This document shows, piece after piece, positions 29,068-40,047 of a DNA stretch of 64,000 bases (positions are counted from its first letter, which is position 1; every line of letters starts with the position of its first letter). Source of the DNA: SAR202 cluster bacterium (lineage in GTDB: Bacteria; Chloroflexota; Dehalococcoidia; Lucifugimonadales; UBA826); the NCBI GenBank assembly GCA_008373095.1, contig RQOP01000076.1, positions 734 to 64,733 on the forward strand, written 5' to 3'. The position numbers were made by a program, and so were the translations under genes. The notes below the pieces were generated by a model, which saw only the letters and a program-made list of their open reading frames with translations, did not search any database and was not told where the DNA came from.

Positions 29068-32000
29068 TTAGTCATCTCCTCCTGGTACAGGTCTGTCATC
29101 TTCGATGGATTTGGATTCTTCATTGGTTTCAGTTGCATCTATTTCTGAGGTGTTTTCCTCTGAATTATCATTTTCACTTTCTTCATTAGAGTCGCTATTT
29201 AGGGCACCCTCTAGTAAGGCCAGCGGATCTGATATTTCTGAAGACTCTGTAAACAGGCTATCTTCTCCTGAAAACCCTTGTTCTTGCATCGCTTCTATAT
29301 CGTCATTTTCTAGTTCTATGGAAAGCACTAGGCTCTGTAGTTCCTTCATGAGAACATGGAAGGATTGAGGAATTCCGGGCTGTGCGACGTCTTCACCTTT
29401 TACGATTGCCTCATAAGTTTTAACGCGCCCTATTTCATCGTCTGATTTAATGGTCAACATCTCTCTTAGATTGTGAGCTGCGCTATAGGCCTCAAGTGCC
29501 CAAACTTCCATTTCACCAAACCTTTGTCCTCCTAACTGAGCCTTACCGCCCAGAGGTTGTTGTGTTATTAAGGAGTAAGGTCCCGTTGCCCTTGCATGAA
29601 TTTTATCTTCAACAAGGTGGATTAGTTTTAGCATGTATATGTATCCGACCGTAACTGGTTGATCAAACAATTCCCCTGTTCTTCCGTCGTAGAGTGTGGA
29701 TTTCCCTAGTACAGGAGCAGCTAAGCCATAATCTCTGTTAAGGACCAAAGCTTCTTCCATTAAATCGTCAACGGTCATTCCAGAAGTGTCTTTATTTGCG
29801 ACCTCTTCCATCCATATCTTTAAGCAAGCATACCTGGCTGCATCTGGGGCGGATTCCACGAAAATATCGTCGAATTTGAAACCTCTTTTTTCAAGGAAAT
29901 CTGAAATCAGGTCTAAATTCACCATGTCAGGATCACTATCGAGTACTGATCTTGCTGGGACTGCATCTGATTGCTCAATAATCCACGCTTTGGCCAGCTC
30001 ATCCTCAATTTCTGAGTCTTGAGCTCCGTCAAAAACTGGTGTTTTTGCGTCAAATCCCAATCTTTTTGCGGCCCACCCCAGGTGAGTTTCAAGTACTTGT
30101 CCCAGGTTCATTCGTGATGGGACACCGATTGGGTTGAGTATTATATCTACAGGGGTACCGTCTGGCAGGAATGGCATGTCTTCTTCCGGTAGAATCTTTG
30201 CTATGACCCCTTTGTTTCCATGACGCCCTGCCATCTTGTCACCTTCGGTGATTTTTCTCGTGTGCGCTATCCACACTCGCACTAATTTGTTTACTCCAGG
30301 CGAAAGATCATCTCCGTTGTTTCGATCCAGAATTTTTACGTCAATTACTTTACCTCCCTGTCCGTGAGGTACATATAAGGAGGAATCTTTGACGTCACGA
30401 GCTTTTTCTCCAAATATTGCTCGTAGGAGCTTCTCTTCCGCGGAAAGTTCGGTCTCTCCTTTGGGGTTGATCTTACCTACTAATATATCTCTATTGGAGA
30501 CCTCTGCCCCTACTCTTATAATTCCTTCTTCATCCAAGTTGCGAAGGCTATCTTCTCCAATATTTGGGATATCTCTTGTAATCTCCTCTGGCCCTAATTT
30601 GGTGTCTCTGGCTTCCACTTCGTGTTTTTCAATGTGTACTGAGGTGAACTTATCTTCTTTAATAAGCCGGTTGCTTAAGATAATCGCATCCTCGAAGTTA
30701 TATCCTTCCCAAGTCATAAATGCCACCAAGACGTTCTGACCTAATGCTAATTCCCCACTGTCAGTGGATGATCCGTCTGCTAGAACGTCTCCTTTATTTA
30801 CAGGTGTTCCTTTGTCAATAATGGGTCTTTGGTTAAGGCAGGTACCTTGGTTACTTCTGTGGAATTTCACGAGGGAATGAGTAACTTCTTTACCATCGTC
30901 ATCTGTTACGATTATCTGGTTTCCAGTCACACTAGTGACAATACCGTTAGTTTTACTAACCATAACCTGACCGCTATCTCTTGCGACCCTCATTTCCATA
31001 CCAGTTCCTACAAGTGGCTTTTCCGGTTTTAGTAATGGCACTGCTTGCCTCTGCATGTTAGACCCCATTAGGGCGCGGTTAGCATCGTCATGTTCCAAAA
31101 ATGGGATTAGAGAAGTAGAAACGCTAACCAACTGGAGGGGTGATACGTCCATGAATCTAACGGAGTCTGTTTGCTCCATACCAACCTCTTCCCCACGTCT
31201 CGTCTCGATTCTGTCGTTGATAAATTCCCCAGCTTCATTAATTGCTGAATTCGCCTGGGCGATATAATAGTCTTCCTCATCATCTGCTGATAAATGTATT
31301 ATGTCGTCTAAGTCATTTGACACGTATGGTTTTACGTTAATAATTTTGTTCTTTTGAGCCGAAATTCTTCCTGAAGTTCTTACGGAAATTTGGGTGCCTT
31401 TTTTGACAATAGTTTTGCCGTCGTCAGCTTTGACATCTTCAGTAGGCGTGTGGCCTATCAACTCTTCTGGGTCACCATTTTCAACCTGGGTTAATATTTT
31501 TCTATATGGAGTTTCTATAAATCCGAATTCGTTGGTTCTAGCGTATGTTGCCAATGAAACCAAGAGGCCGATGTTAGGACCTTCCGGGGTTTCAATTGGG
31601 CAAATTCTTCCATAGTGGGAGTGATGAACATCTCTCACGTCGAAACCTGCTCGTTCTCGGGATAAACCTCCAGGCCCAAGGGCTGATAGTCTCCTCTTGT
31701 GGGTTAGTTCAGCCAGAGGGTTGGCTTGGTCCATGAATTGTGAAAGCTGTGAACCGCCGAAAAACTCCCTTATCGCCGCCACGACAGGTCGCACATTAAT
31801 TAGCGCGGCTGGAGTAGTACTCTCAGGATCTGGCTGAATGGTCATCCTTTCTTTGATGACTCTCTCCATTCGAAGAAGCCCTACCCGTACTTGATTTTGT
31901 ATCAATTCACCGACAGCTCTAACTCTTCTATTGCCCAAGTGGTCTATATCATTCGCTCTACGTTCCGAATTATTGACCTGAATGAGCCTTTTAAGAAGGT

Positions 32001-32958
32001 TTATGATGTCTTCTTTGGCAAGGATCCGATCCTCTAAGTTTCCATCTCTGTCAGCATTTTCCGCCCCTTTTAAGTTGCGATCTAATTTGTATCGTCCGAC
32101 TTTGCCTAGATCGTACCTTCTACTATCAAAAAACAGTGAATTTATTAAGGATTTGGCGTTTTCAGCATTTGGAGGCTCACCTGGCCTTAATCTTCTATAA
32201 AATTCAACAAGTGCTTCTTCTTGGTTTGTGACACCTGAATCTTTATCTATGGTCGTTTGTAGGAAGTTATGGTCGGGGTTGGTATCTACATCACTGAATA
32301 ATTCTAATATTTCCTCATCGGTCTCATATCCCAAGGATCTTAGGAACGTTGTAACAGGAGTTTTCCTTTTTCTGTCAATTTTGACATATATAACATCCCT
32401 GTTACTGGTTTCAAATTCGATCCAGGCTCCTCGGTATGGAATCATCTTTGCTGATGCAAGAGGGCGACCGGTAGCCGCGTCCCGATCTTCGGTAAAGTAT
32501 ACCCCTGGCGAACGTACTAGCTGGCTGACTACGATTCTTTCGGCGCCATTTATTATAAAAGTTCCTGCAGTGGTCATTATAGGAATGTTTCCAACATAAA
32601 GACGCTGCTCTTTTATTTCTCCCATTCCAGGGCCTGCTGCGTTGATTTGTAGGCTGACGGTTACATATAGGGCGGCTTCGAATGTTTTTTCTTGGCTCCT
32701 ACAATAATCTTCACTGAATTTTGGCTCTTCAAACTCAAAATCTACAAACCGGAGAGAGAAGCGTGGGTTTTGCCCTTGATTGTCTTCAATCGGCGAAATT
32801 TCATCAAAAAGTTCGGTTAGTCCATTTGTGGTAAACCACTTAAAGGATTCTTTCTGAACGTCAATCAGATCAGGTACATCTAGAACCGTGTCGATTTTAG
32901 AAAAAGATTTTGTTCTTGGGAAAACAATACTATTATCCTGCAATGCAGAAGAGGCCAT
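29068..32958 (-). CDS. rpoB: DNA-directed RNA polymerase subunit beta
   Basis: 1296 aa. Motifs include the rifampicin-region sequence [31 protein letters not shown], then [17 protein letters not shown] and [16 protein letters not shown]. Confidence 0.97.
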   Translation of the reverse strand: MASSALQDNSIVFPRTKSFSKIDTVLDVPDLIDVQKESFKWFTTNGLTELFDEISPIEDNQGQNPRFSLRFVDFEFEEPKFSEDYCRSQEKTFEAALYVTVSLQINAAGPGMGEIKEQRLYVGNIPIMTTAGTFIINGAERIVVSQLVRSPGVYFTEDRDAATGRPLASAKMIPYRGAWIEFETSNRDVIYVKIDRKRKTPVTTFLRSLGYETDEEILELFSDVDTNPDHNFLQTTIDKDSGVTNQEEALVEFYRRLRPGEPPNAENAKSLINSLFFDSRRYDLGKVGRYKLDRNLKGAENADRDGNLEDRILAKEDIINLLKRLIQVNNSERRANDIDHLGNRRVRAVGELIQNQVRVGLLRMERVIKERMTIQPDPESTTPAALINVRPVVAAIREFFGGSQLSQFMDQANPLAELTHKRRLSALGPGGLSRERAGFDVRDVHHSHYGRICPIETPEGPNIGLLVSLATYARTNEFGFIETPYRKILTQVENGDPEELIGHTPTEDVKADDGKTIVKKGTQISVRTSGRISAQKNKIINVKPYVSNDLDDIIHLSADDEEDYYIAQANSAINEAGEFINDRIETRRGEEVGMEQTDSVRFMDVSPLQLVSVSTSLIPFLEHDDANRALMGSNMQRQAVPLLKPEKPLVGTGMEMRVARDSGQVMVSKTNGIVTSVTGNQIIVTDDDGKEVTHSLVKFHRSNQGTCLNQRPIIDKGTPVNKGDVLADGSSTDSGELALGQNVLVAFMTWEGYNFEDAIILSNRLIKEDKFTSVHIEKHEVEARDTKLGPEEITRDIPNIGEDSLRNLDEEGIIRVGAEVSNRDILVGKINPKGETELSAEEKLLRAIFGEKARDVKDSSLYVPHGQGGKVIDVKILDRNNGDDLSPGVNKLVRVWIAHTRKITEGDKMAGRHGNKGVIAKILPEEDMPFLPDGTPVDIILNPIGVPSRMNLGQVLETHLGWAAKRLGFDAKTPVFDGAQDSEIEDELAKAWIIEQSDAVPARSVLDSDPDMVNLDLISDFLEKRGFKFDDIFVESAPDAARYACLKIWMEEVANKDTSGMTVDDLMEEALVLNRDYGLAAPVLGKSTLYDGRTGELFDQPVTVGYIYMLKLIHLVEDKIHARATGPYSLITQQPLGGKAQLGGQRFGEMEVWALEAYSAAHNLREMLTIKSDDEIGRVKTYEAIVKGEDVAQPGIPQSFHVLMKELQSLVLSIELENDDIEAMQEQGFSGEDSLFTESSEISDPLALLEGALNSDSNEESENDNSEENTSEIDATETNEESKSIEDDRPVPGGDD

Positions 32959-33112
32959 GAGACTTACACTCCTTCGGGGAAAGAAATATTCCTAGTTAGT
33001 ACGGGAGAAAAGCCCTTCTGAGAAAGAAGAGCGGTAATTTAAAAACGCCAAGATAGGTGGATTTGTTAATACGTTTGTGCAAACCAGCGCATGTGTAATC
33101 ATACAGTCTTCC

Positions 33113-33142
33113 ATTCTAGCTAGCCCATACCATACTTGTCAA
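33113..33142 (-). promoter_or_regulatory. putative sigma70-type promoter for rpoBC (TTGACA-N18-TAGAAT)
   Basis: The minus strand reads TTGACA (33137-33142), an 18-nt spacer and TAGAAT (33113-33118), about 150 nt upstream of the rpoB ATG. This is a pattern match only. Confidence 0.4.
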
Positions 33143-33213
33143 TACTAAGTTAAGCTTTATTCTTCAAGACTGAATTGGTCTTCATCCGGATTTAAAGTCC
33201 TAAAGGGAAAGAT

Positions 33214-34305
33214 GTGAACTCAAGTCATAACAGGGGCATATTGCATGCTGATTTTGATGCCTTTTATGCCTCAGTGGAGCAGCGAGATTTTCCTGAACTG
33301 AGTGATAGGCCAGTAGCCGTTGGCGGCAGCCCCAGTAAACGTGGGGTGGTAGCATCAGCCTCCTACGAGGCAAGAAAATATGGCATAAAGTCGGCCATGC
33401 CGATGAGTACTGCAGTTAGAAAATGCTCAGATGTAGTAGTGGTATCACCTCGGTTTTCAGTCTATCGGGAAGTCTCTCGGCAAGTAATGGAAGTGTTCCG
33501 AGATATCACCCCTCTCGTAGAACCATTATCTTTGGATGAAGCCTATTTGGATGTCACAGATGTCATTCAACAAAATGTTACTCCACCCCAAATCGCAAAA
33601 AAGTTAAAAGAAAGTATCTCCTCAGACCTAGGTCTAACCATTTCGATTGGGGTTTCTACTTCTAAGTCAGTATCAAAAATTGCCTCAGGAATTAATAAAC
33701 CTGATGGCCTCACGGTTGTGAGGCCGGGCGATGAAATTTCTTTTCTGCATCCATTACCGATTGAAGTGGTGTGGGGGATTGGACCCAAAAGCTCAGAGAA
33801 ATTGCACAATTTATCGATAAATACGGTGGGAGATCTTTCTGCACAGCCTATCAAGGTGCTTTCTGATATTTTTGGGAGCAATGCTATGTATATTAAAAAC
33901 ATCGCCAATGGAGTGGACCTCAGGCCGGTAATAACTCAACGGGAACGTAAATCAATTAGTTCTGAGACCACTCTGTTAGTCGATACCTCAGACCGAGGAG
34001 ATCTCACTGAGATAGTAATGAGATTGAGTGGCCAGGTTGCCGATTCATTAATACAAAAAGATATACGAGGTCGCACAGTAAAGTTAAAATTAAAGCGATC
34101 TAATTTCACCACCCTCACTAGGCAAAAGACACTTTTAGAGAAAGTTCAAATTTCATCTGAAATTACAGAATCGGCCCTGGAACTTTTAAATTACGAATTG
34201 AAAAATTCAGATGAAAAATATCGATTAATTGGGGTAGGGGTTTCGGGATTTTCATCAGCTGAAAGTCTTCATGATGAAATGCAATTGAGATTCGAAGGGC
34301 TTTGA
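33214..34305 (+). CDS. dinB: DNA polymerase IV (Y-family translesion polymerase)
   Basis: ILHADFDAFYASVEQRD, VAVGG......GVVASASYEARKYGI.SAMP and SLDEAYLDVT are the canonical DinB motifs. GTG start. Confidence 0.9.
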   Translation: MNSSHNRGILHADFDAFYASVEQRDFPELSDRPVAVGGSPSKRGVVASASYEARKYGIKSAMPMSTAVRKCSDVVVVSPRFSVYREVSRQVMEVFRDITPLVEPLSLDEAYLDVTDVIQQNVTPPQIAKKLKESISSDLGLTISIGVSTSKSVSKIASGINKPDGLTVVRPGDEISFLHPLPIEVVWGIGPKSSEKLHNLSINTVGDLSAQPIKVLSDIFGSNAMYIKNIANGVDLRPVITQRERKSISSETTLLVDTSDRGDLTEIVMRLSGQVADSLIQKDIRGRTVKLKLKRSNFTTLTRQKTLLEKVQISSEITESALELLNYELKNSDEKYRLIGVGVSGFSSAESLHDEMQLRFEGL

Positions 34306-34312
34306 AAATAGG

Positions 34313-36253
34313 CTACAGATTTTCGATATTAATTGGTTCTATGGGCTCAAACGGGTCGAATTCAAATATTTGGGAGTAAAAGTACAACTCTGCTGCTAAT
34401 GTTCTCTGTATGTTTTCGGATTTCCTGAAGCCGTGCTGTTCTCCTTCAAATTCGAGGTACGATACCGGGATACCTTTTGACTTCAAAGAAGAGTACATTT
34501 TCTGAGATTGATTTGGTAATACGATTTTATCTTCTAATCCTTGAAACAAAATTACAGGGCAAGATAAATTGTCGGTGTGGTTTATAGGAGATCTCTCTAT
34601 GTATTTTTGGATTTCCTCCGGATATTTCCCAACCATTGAATCTAGGTATCTTGATTCAAATTTATGTGTTTCTTCCGCCAAAGCAGTCAAGTCACTAACG
34701 CCATAATAGCTTGCTCCTGCCTTGAAGAAATCGGTGAATGCCAGGCAGGCTAAAGTTGTGAAACCTCCAGCACTCCCCCCCTTGATAGCAATTTTTCCAG
34801 GATCAGCTAAACCTTCGGACACGAGATACTTGCCACCACTAACGCAGTCATCTACATCACTTACACCCCAATTACCATTCAGTGCTTTCCTGTATTTTGT
34901 TCCATAACCAGTACTACCCCGGTAATTGACGTCTAATATTGCAAATCCTCTATTAGTCCAGTATTGAATACTTAAATTAAGGGTAGTAGAAGTAGCACCG
35001 GTAGGGCCTCCATGACTGAGTATTATGAGAGGAGGCTTCGTAGATTTGGGTGCCTCATAATTTATATTGGTGGGAGGGTAATAAAAGGCATGACATTCTT
35101 GCTCATCCGATGTCATATATTTCACCGGTTGTGGCTTTGAAAAATGTGTAGATTCTATTTTGTTTTGCGTTGATTCTTGTACCTTTATAAGTTTTTGGAT
35201 GCTATCAAGTTGATAGAGGTATAAGGTATGGGAGGTGTCTGCTGAGCCTGCTGCCAACAATCCTTTTCCTTTGTTGGCTTTTAGGCCTGATCTATTGATC
35301 TCAGTCATATCGGGGATAATATCTACGTCAGACAGTTTCAAAGTAATCGTGTCTAAGAGGCCGATTTTCCAAAATCCTAGGGTATTGTATGAACATAGTA
35401 TTTGCCCATCGTCAATAAAATCATAGAATCTAACCCCTAAGCCCCACTGCGCTTGTGTGAATTCAGCATCATATGGTGTGAGATTATGCGACATGCCATT
35501 CTCATATTTGTAAATGTTCCACCATCCTGAAATATCAGATACGTAATGCAGTACTCCCTGTGGTGACCAGAGAGGGTGACAAATTGACTCGCCTTGTCCC
35601 AAGATCTTTCTGGAATTTCGAATACCGTTTTCTTCCAAATCGGCAATATGAAGTTCAGTGGAATCCCAGGGCATATTGGGATGATTCCATTGAATCCATG
35701 CCAGGTTTTCTCCATTAGGGCTTATTACAGGAGAAGAATAAAAATCTGCCCCGCTAGCGATAGTAGTGATTTCTCCGGCGTTGGTCAGGTTGACCGAGAC
35801 TAAGCAGTTAACAGGTTCTGTTTTACCGTCGTGCTTTTCAGCAACGTAAATAATGCGGTGATTCTGTGAATCTATAACCCCATCGGCGAACCTGAAAGTA
35901 GAGTCATATGTGACTTGAGATGCCTCGGTACCGGTCAGCGTCGTCTTGTATATCTGTTGGTCTGAAAAATTAGAAAAATATACTTCACATTTATCTACTA
36001 AAAACGCTCCCCCACCATATTCATGAACACGAGTTCGGGCGTTGTATGATTTGGGTAATATTTCATGTTTCGCACCATCCTCAGATTGATGCATGATCGT
36101 ATACCGGCCACCTTCCAACGGTCTCATTTCTTGCCAGAATACGTTTCCATCAGATAGAAGAACATCCCCTAGACTAATTGATTCTGAAACAATTAATTCG
36201 GTGGTAATGTGAGATTCCCAAGCACCATAAGGGGCGACTTTTTTTAAAGTCAT
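34313..36253 (-). CDS. S9-family serine peptidase (prolyl oligopeptidase / acylaminoacyl-peptidase type)
   Basis: N-terminal beta-propeller region followed by a C-terminal alpha/beta hydrolase domain. It has the nucleophile elbow GGSAGGFT and a distal LEFEGEQHGF His region. Confidence 0.85.
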   Translation of the reverse strand: MTLKKVAPYGAWESHITTELIVSESISLGDVLLSDGNVFWQEMRPLEGGRYTIMHQSEDGAKHEILPKSYNARTRVHEYGGGAFLVDKCEVYFSNFSDQQIYKTTLTGTEASQVTYDSTFRFADGVIDSQNHRIIYVAEKHDGKTEPVNCLVSVNLTNAGEITTIASGADFYSSPVISPNGENLAWIQWNHPNMPWDSTELHIADLEENGIRNSRKILGQGESICHPLWSPQGVLHYVSDISGWWNIYKYENGMSHNLTPYDAEFTQAQWGLGVRFYDFIDDGQILCSYNTLGFWKIGLLDTITLKLSDVDIIPDMTEINRSGLKANKGKGLLAAGSADTSHTLYLYQLDSIQKLIKVQESTQNKIESTHFSKPQPVKYMTSDEQECHAFYYPPTNINYEAPKSTKPPLIILSHGGPTGATSTTLNLSIQYWTNRGFAILDVNYRGSTGYGTKYRKALNGNWGVSDVDDCVSGGKYLVSEGLADPGKIAIKGGSAGGFTTLACLAFTDFFKAGASYYGVSDLTALAEETHKFESRYLDSMVGKYPEEIQKYIERSPINHTDNLSCPVILFQGLEDKIVLPNQSQKMYSSLKSKGIPVSYLEFEGEQHGFRKSENIQRTLAAELYFYSQIFEFDPFEPIEPINIENL

Positions 36254-37383
36254 GCCGACAAGTTTCCAGAGGTTATGGCATCAAGGTATCGGAAATAATC
36301 TTTTTTTCGGTTGGTATTAATGGACCAATTTACTGGTATTAGTTGGTAACCATTTTCATAATCTCCAAATGCAGCGTTGCCACCAGCTCCAGCGCCTGGA
36401 TCAAAATAGCCCCATCCTGCATATGAATTTATTGCGCAGTTGAAATTATTTTTTTCCTTGTCGAATTCAAAATGATCATCCTCGTTGAATAATATGGGCA
36501 TATCGACCCAATCTGACAGTTCTCTAGTCTCTTTTATCATTTCGGAAATTCGGCTCGGTTCGGTGACACCGTTTCCATGCATTAATATAAAATCCGATGA
36601 CTTTGTCACATCATTTCCGGGGATTGTATTACCTCCATAACTTGTGCCAGCCAAAAGGCTTCTAGAATTTATGCTTACCGACTTGGCTAATTTGATGAGT
36701 TCGTGAACTCGATGGGGTTGCAATATTTCGTGTTCATATTTTGGAACGCTGCATTCATTGTTGATCTCAATTACAACGTTTTCATAGCCGTTAGAAAGTA
36801 CCCACTCACAGGCATTACGGACAGCAGATTTTATTGCCTTTTCATCTTGCAGTCTTTCATCTTGCCCGAAATAAAAAAGACCTAGTATAACCACCATAGA
36901 TAATTGGTTTGTTTTTTCTAATATTCTGTTGAGTCTGTGGGTATACTCAATTTTTAAGCTGCCGTCAGGGGTAAATCCTGAACTATCCCAAGGTTGAGAT
37001 TCTGGAGATGGCAAACCTTTCCATATCTCTGAGTCGCTCCCTGATATTCCCTTTTGATGCATAAATTCGCGGAATTGATTTAGGCGGTAATAACCTGAAG
37101 GAGCTCCACCTTGTAAGTTTACAGTTATGGCTGCTAATCCATGTTCTCTGTATTCAGGTAACATCGCAACAAACTCATTGGTATTCCTGTCGGCATCCCA
37201 CTCACCAGTATCAGGGTAATTCCAGATGTCGCGAGTGTAGGGGTTTTCATCGTCAAAGATTGCGTTAACCATTCTAGCGTTTAGAAGTAGACCCTCGATG
37301 CTGTTTCCCCGATATTTAATATCAGAGTAGGTTGGGATTCCATCTACTATCCATTTGTTCCCTTCAATAGACACTTTTGTCAT
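36250..37383 (-). CDS. uncharacterised protein, possible clan GH-A-like TIM-barrel hydrolase
   Basis: 377 aa with no signal peptide. VVIEINNECS (an NE acid/base-like motif) and ILFNEDDH (a possible nucleophile Glu) are spaced as in (beta/alpha)8 glycosidases. The family call is tentative. It overlaps the S9 peptidase gene by 4 nt. Confidence 0.45.
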   Translation of the reverse strand: MTKVSIEGNKWIVDGIPTYSDIKYRGNSIEGLLLNARMVNAIFDDENPYTRDIWNYPDTGEWDADRNTNEFVAMLPEYREHGLAAITVNLQGGAPSGYYRLNQFREFMHQKGISGSDSEIWKGLPSPESQPWDSSGFTPDGSLKIEYTHRLNRILEKTNQLSMVVILGLFYFGQDERLQDEKAIKSAVRNACEWVLSNGYENVVIEINNECSVPKYEHEILQPHRVHELIKLAKSVSINSRSLLAGTSYGGNTIPGNDVTKSSDFILMHGNGVTEPSRISEMIKETRELSDWVDMPILFNEDDHFEFDKEKNNFNCAINSYAGWGYFDPGAGAGGNAAFGDYENGYQLIPVNWSINTNRKKDYFRYLDAITSGNLSA

Positions 37384-37404
37384 TGTTATTAGCCTTCGTA
37401 ATTT

Positions 37405-38709
37405 TTACTTTGCCACCCTTCGGGATCCTCCCATATCTGATCCAGGTAATGGCACGGTACCAATTATTTCATTCGCTTCAAATTGGGTTATTTTGTCGGT
37501 ACCATAACCAAGCACTTCTTTTAATACGTACATGTTGTCTTGCCCTAGGCACGGTGCTGGATTGTGAATAACATGACCATTAGAACTTTCGAATTTGAAA
37601 ATTGGGCCGGTCATTGGATAAATTCCTGCGGATGGATGTTCAACTATCTGAAAAAAGTCCCTTTCATTTAAATGAGGGTCAGCGTATGAATCAGACCCAC
37701 AATCTAATACAACTCCCGATGTTATTTGGTCCGATTGGAGTCTATTCAATACATCGTATCTATCCTGACTACAAGTCCATTCATTGATGACTTTGTCTAT
37801 TTGATCATGATGTTGCTGTCTACCTGCCAGAGTATCAAAGACATCTGAATTTAAATTGTTATTTCCAACTGTTGCTTTGAACTTAGACCAATCTGCATCA
37901 GATTTAATGCTTATTGCTATCCAATTATCTTCCCCGGAGCATTTGTATACTCCTTGAGGAGCGAAATCTGGATGTCGATTACCTCTCCTTTGCCGGGAAA
38001 AAGATTGCATTTGATTCTCAAGATATATTTCTCCAAGATGTGTCATAAACGATTCTGCTTGAGACATATCAATAAATTGGCCTTCTCCGGTTTTTGTTCG
38101 ATGAACTAGAGCTGAAGCAATCGCCATCACTCCATTTGTTGCGGCCACAGCATCTGGATGGTGAACTAGTGAATTCGAAGAGTGATCCATATCTGGATAA
38201 CCTCTCAAAAAAGAATGTCCTGTTATGGCATCTATCGCCATTCCCATACTGCGATAGTCAGCATAAGGTCCGGTGTTCCCGTAACCTGGCATCAGCATGT
38301 AAATTATATCTGGTTTGATTTTCCTGACTTCGTCGTAGCTAAGTCCAAAATTCTCCATTACGGTTCGAGCATAGTTGCAAAAAACGATGTCACTTTGCGA
38401 CACCAAATCTTTAAAAGCATTCAAGCCTTGCTCTGTTTTTAAATCAAGAGTGAGGCTTTTCTTATTTCTGTTTATAGCGTTGAAATTGGACTGACGATTC
38501 CAGGGATCATTTCCAGGATCATCATCAGGATATCCACCTGCATTTGAAGGGGGATTTATTGGCCCTCTGCCTATTCGTTGAATAGATTCAACTTTGATTA
38601 TTTCAGCTCCCATGTTCCCCATCAGGCAACCACAAAATGGACCAGCCCAAATTTCAGATAATTCTAGGGCCCTAATTGTTGATAGTGGCTTACTGGCACA
38701 TAATTTCAT
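37405..38709 (-). CDS. family III CoA-transferase (CaiB/BaiF family), copy 2
   Basis: N-terminus IRALELSEIWAGPFCGCLMGNMGAEIIKVES, plus the mid-region Asp-containing GYGNTGPYADYR.MG...DA. The length (434 aa) fits the family. Confidence 0.85.
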   Translation of the reverse strand: MKLCASKPLSTIRALELSEIWAGPFCGCLMGNMGAEIIKVESIQRIGRGPINPPSNAGGYPDDDPGNDPWNRQSNFNAINRNKKSLTLDLKTEQGLNAFKDLVSQSDIVFCNYARTVMENFGLSYDEVRKIKPDIIYMLMPGYGNTGPYADYRSMGMAIDAITGHSFLRGYPDMDHSSNSLVHHPDAVAATNGVMAIASALVHRTKTGEGQFIDMSQAESFMTHLGEIYLENQMQSFSRQRRGNRHPDFAPQGVYKCSGEDNWIAISIKSDADWSKFKATVGNNNLNSDVFDTLAGRQQHHDQIDKVINEWTCSQDRYDVLNRLQSDQITSGVVLDCGSDSYADPHLNERDFFQIVEHPSAGIYPMTGPIFKFESSNGHVIHNPAPCLGQDNMYVLKEVLGYGTDKITQFEANEIIGTVPLPGSDMGGSRRVAK

Positions 38710-39926
38710 ATGATTTTTTCCGTAGTCAGGGCTTCTATTTCGTCATTGGACATGTGTAGGAGATTTTGAAGCACTTGGGTTGTATTTTGTCCTAGTGTAG
38801 GGGCAGGCTCGATCTGAGAGTTGGCGGTATTTGACAGTCGGAAGGGGTCGCCTGTCATACGCAAAGTTTGGCCATTTGGATGAGTTACATCTTGAAAAAA
38901 ATCTCTCGCAATAAATTGTTCATTTTTGTGAACTTCTTCTGGCTGTAAGATCGGTGATCCCGGAACCCCTGCAGCTTGCACTGCCTTGAAAATTTCTTCC
39001 CGAGTTTTGTCATTTAGCCAAGCTTGAAAGATAGCTTCCAATTCATCTTTATTTTCAGACCTTTTGATGGTGTCGTCATATTTTGGGTGAGTCATTAGAT
39101 CTTCTCGGTTGATCATTTTCGCGATATTAGGCCACATGCGCGGACCTAATGGTAAAAAGCTAAAGTAACCATCTTTACATCTGAAGGTTCCAACAGCATA
39201 TGGTTCTCTGGCGCCAGACGCAGAGGTTCTTGGTTGTGATCTAGGATCAGGTTCTCCGGCGTAAATATATGGAGCTCTTCTTCCTATCTGATGAGGATGC
39301 CCTGCCATACATTCTTGTATCGAGATGTCTAACCAATCTCCCTCACCTGTTAGAGTTCTTTTAAATAGAGTTGAAGCAGTAGCAGCCGCCGCAGCATTGC
39401 CTGCAAAATATTGTGCTATTTCACCTGCATATCTTAAGGGTTCCCTATCTGGAAGACCCTCTCTATTCATGGCTCCTGTCATGGCGAAGAGAGTTAATTC
39501 ATCGTATGCGAAATTTTTATAAGGTCCTGTTTGTCCGTAAGGAGTGACTGAGGTAAAAATAATTGATGGATTAATATTTTTAATTTGATTGTAGGCTAAT
39601 CCCTTTTCCTCCCAGTGGCCTGGCTTTTGGCTTTCGATTACGACATCAGATACTTTCATCAAATCAGCTAGGAGGCTTTGACCCTTTTTGCTGTGCAAAT
39701 CCATGGAGATACTTTTTTTACCGGCGTTTAAATGCAGGAATATCGGGCTATCATCAACTTGGCCGTTTTGGGTTGGACTTGTCCATTGTCTAAGTGGGTC
39801 TCCTTCTAGAGATTCGACTTTAATTACTTCACATCCATATAGTCCAAGCGTTTTTGCACAAAAGGAAGCAGCCAATCTATCGGAAAGGTCCAAAACTATG
39901 ATTTCTTCAAGGGCACCAAAAGGCAT
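38706..39926 (-). CDS. family III CoA-transferase (CaiB/BaiF family), copy 1
   Basis: IIVLDLSDRLAASFCAKTLGLYGCEVIKVESLEGDPLR and TPYGQTGPYKNFAYDELTLFAMTG. It overlaps copy 2 by 4 nt (ATGA-type coupling). Confidence 0.85.
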   Translation of the reverse strand: MPFGALEEIIVLDLSDRLAASFCAKTLGLYGCEVIKVESLEGDPLRQWTSPTQNGQVDDSPIFLHLNAGKKSISMDLHSKKGQSLLADLMKVSDVVIESQKPGHWEEKGLAYNQIKNINPSIIFTSVTPYGQTGPYKNFAYDELTLFAMTGAMNREGLPDREPLRYAGEIAQYFAGNAAAAATASTLFKRTLTGEGDWLDISIQECMAGHPHQIGRRAPYIYAGEPDPRSQPRTSASGAREPYAVGTFRCKDGYFSFLPLGPRMWPNIAKMINREDLMTHPKYDDTIKRSENKDELEAIFQAWLNDKTREEIFKAVQAAGVPGSPILQPEEVHKNEQFIARDFFQDVTHPNGQTLRMTGDPFRLSNTANSQIEPAPTLGQNTTQVLQNLLHMSNDEIEALTTEKII

Positions 39927-39962
39927 ATTTCAGTAATAAACTCTAGCTAAAAGGTAAGTGCC

Positions 39963-39991
39963 ATTGTCCATATGTCGATAAGCAGTGTCAA
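39963..39991 (-). promoter_or_regulatory. putative sigma70-type promoter for the CoA-transferase operon (TTGACA-N17-GACAAT)
   Basis: The minus strand reads TTGACA at 39986-39991 and GACAAT at 39963-39968, about 37 nt upstream of the start at 39926. This is a pattern match only. Confidence 0.35.
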
Positions 39992-40047
39992 ACATATTGA
40001 CCTAGGTAAAAATGTTGATGCTTGCCCAGACCATACTTTTCTGGTCG

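Noticed and set aside
25196-32599. Many 60-145-aa plus-strand ORFs inside rpoC and rpoB (e.g. 28482-28919, 32228-32599, 30389-30739)
   Set aside because: All are antisense to RNAP genes with unmistakable motifs. Their Ser/Leu/Phe-rich low-complexity translations are the expected mirror of Glu/Lys/Asp-rich sense codons.
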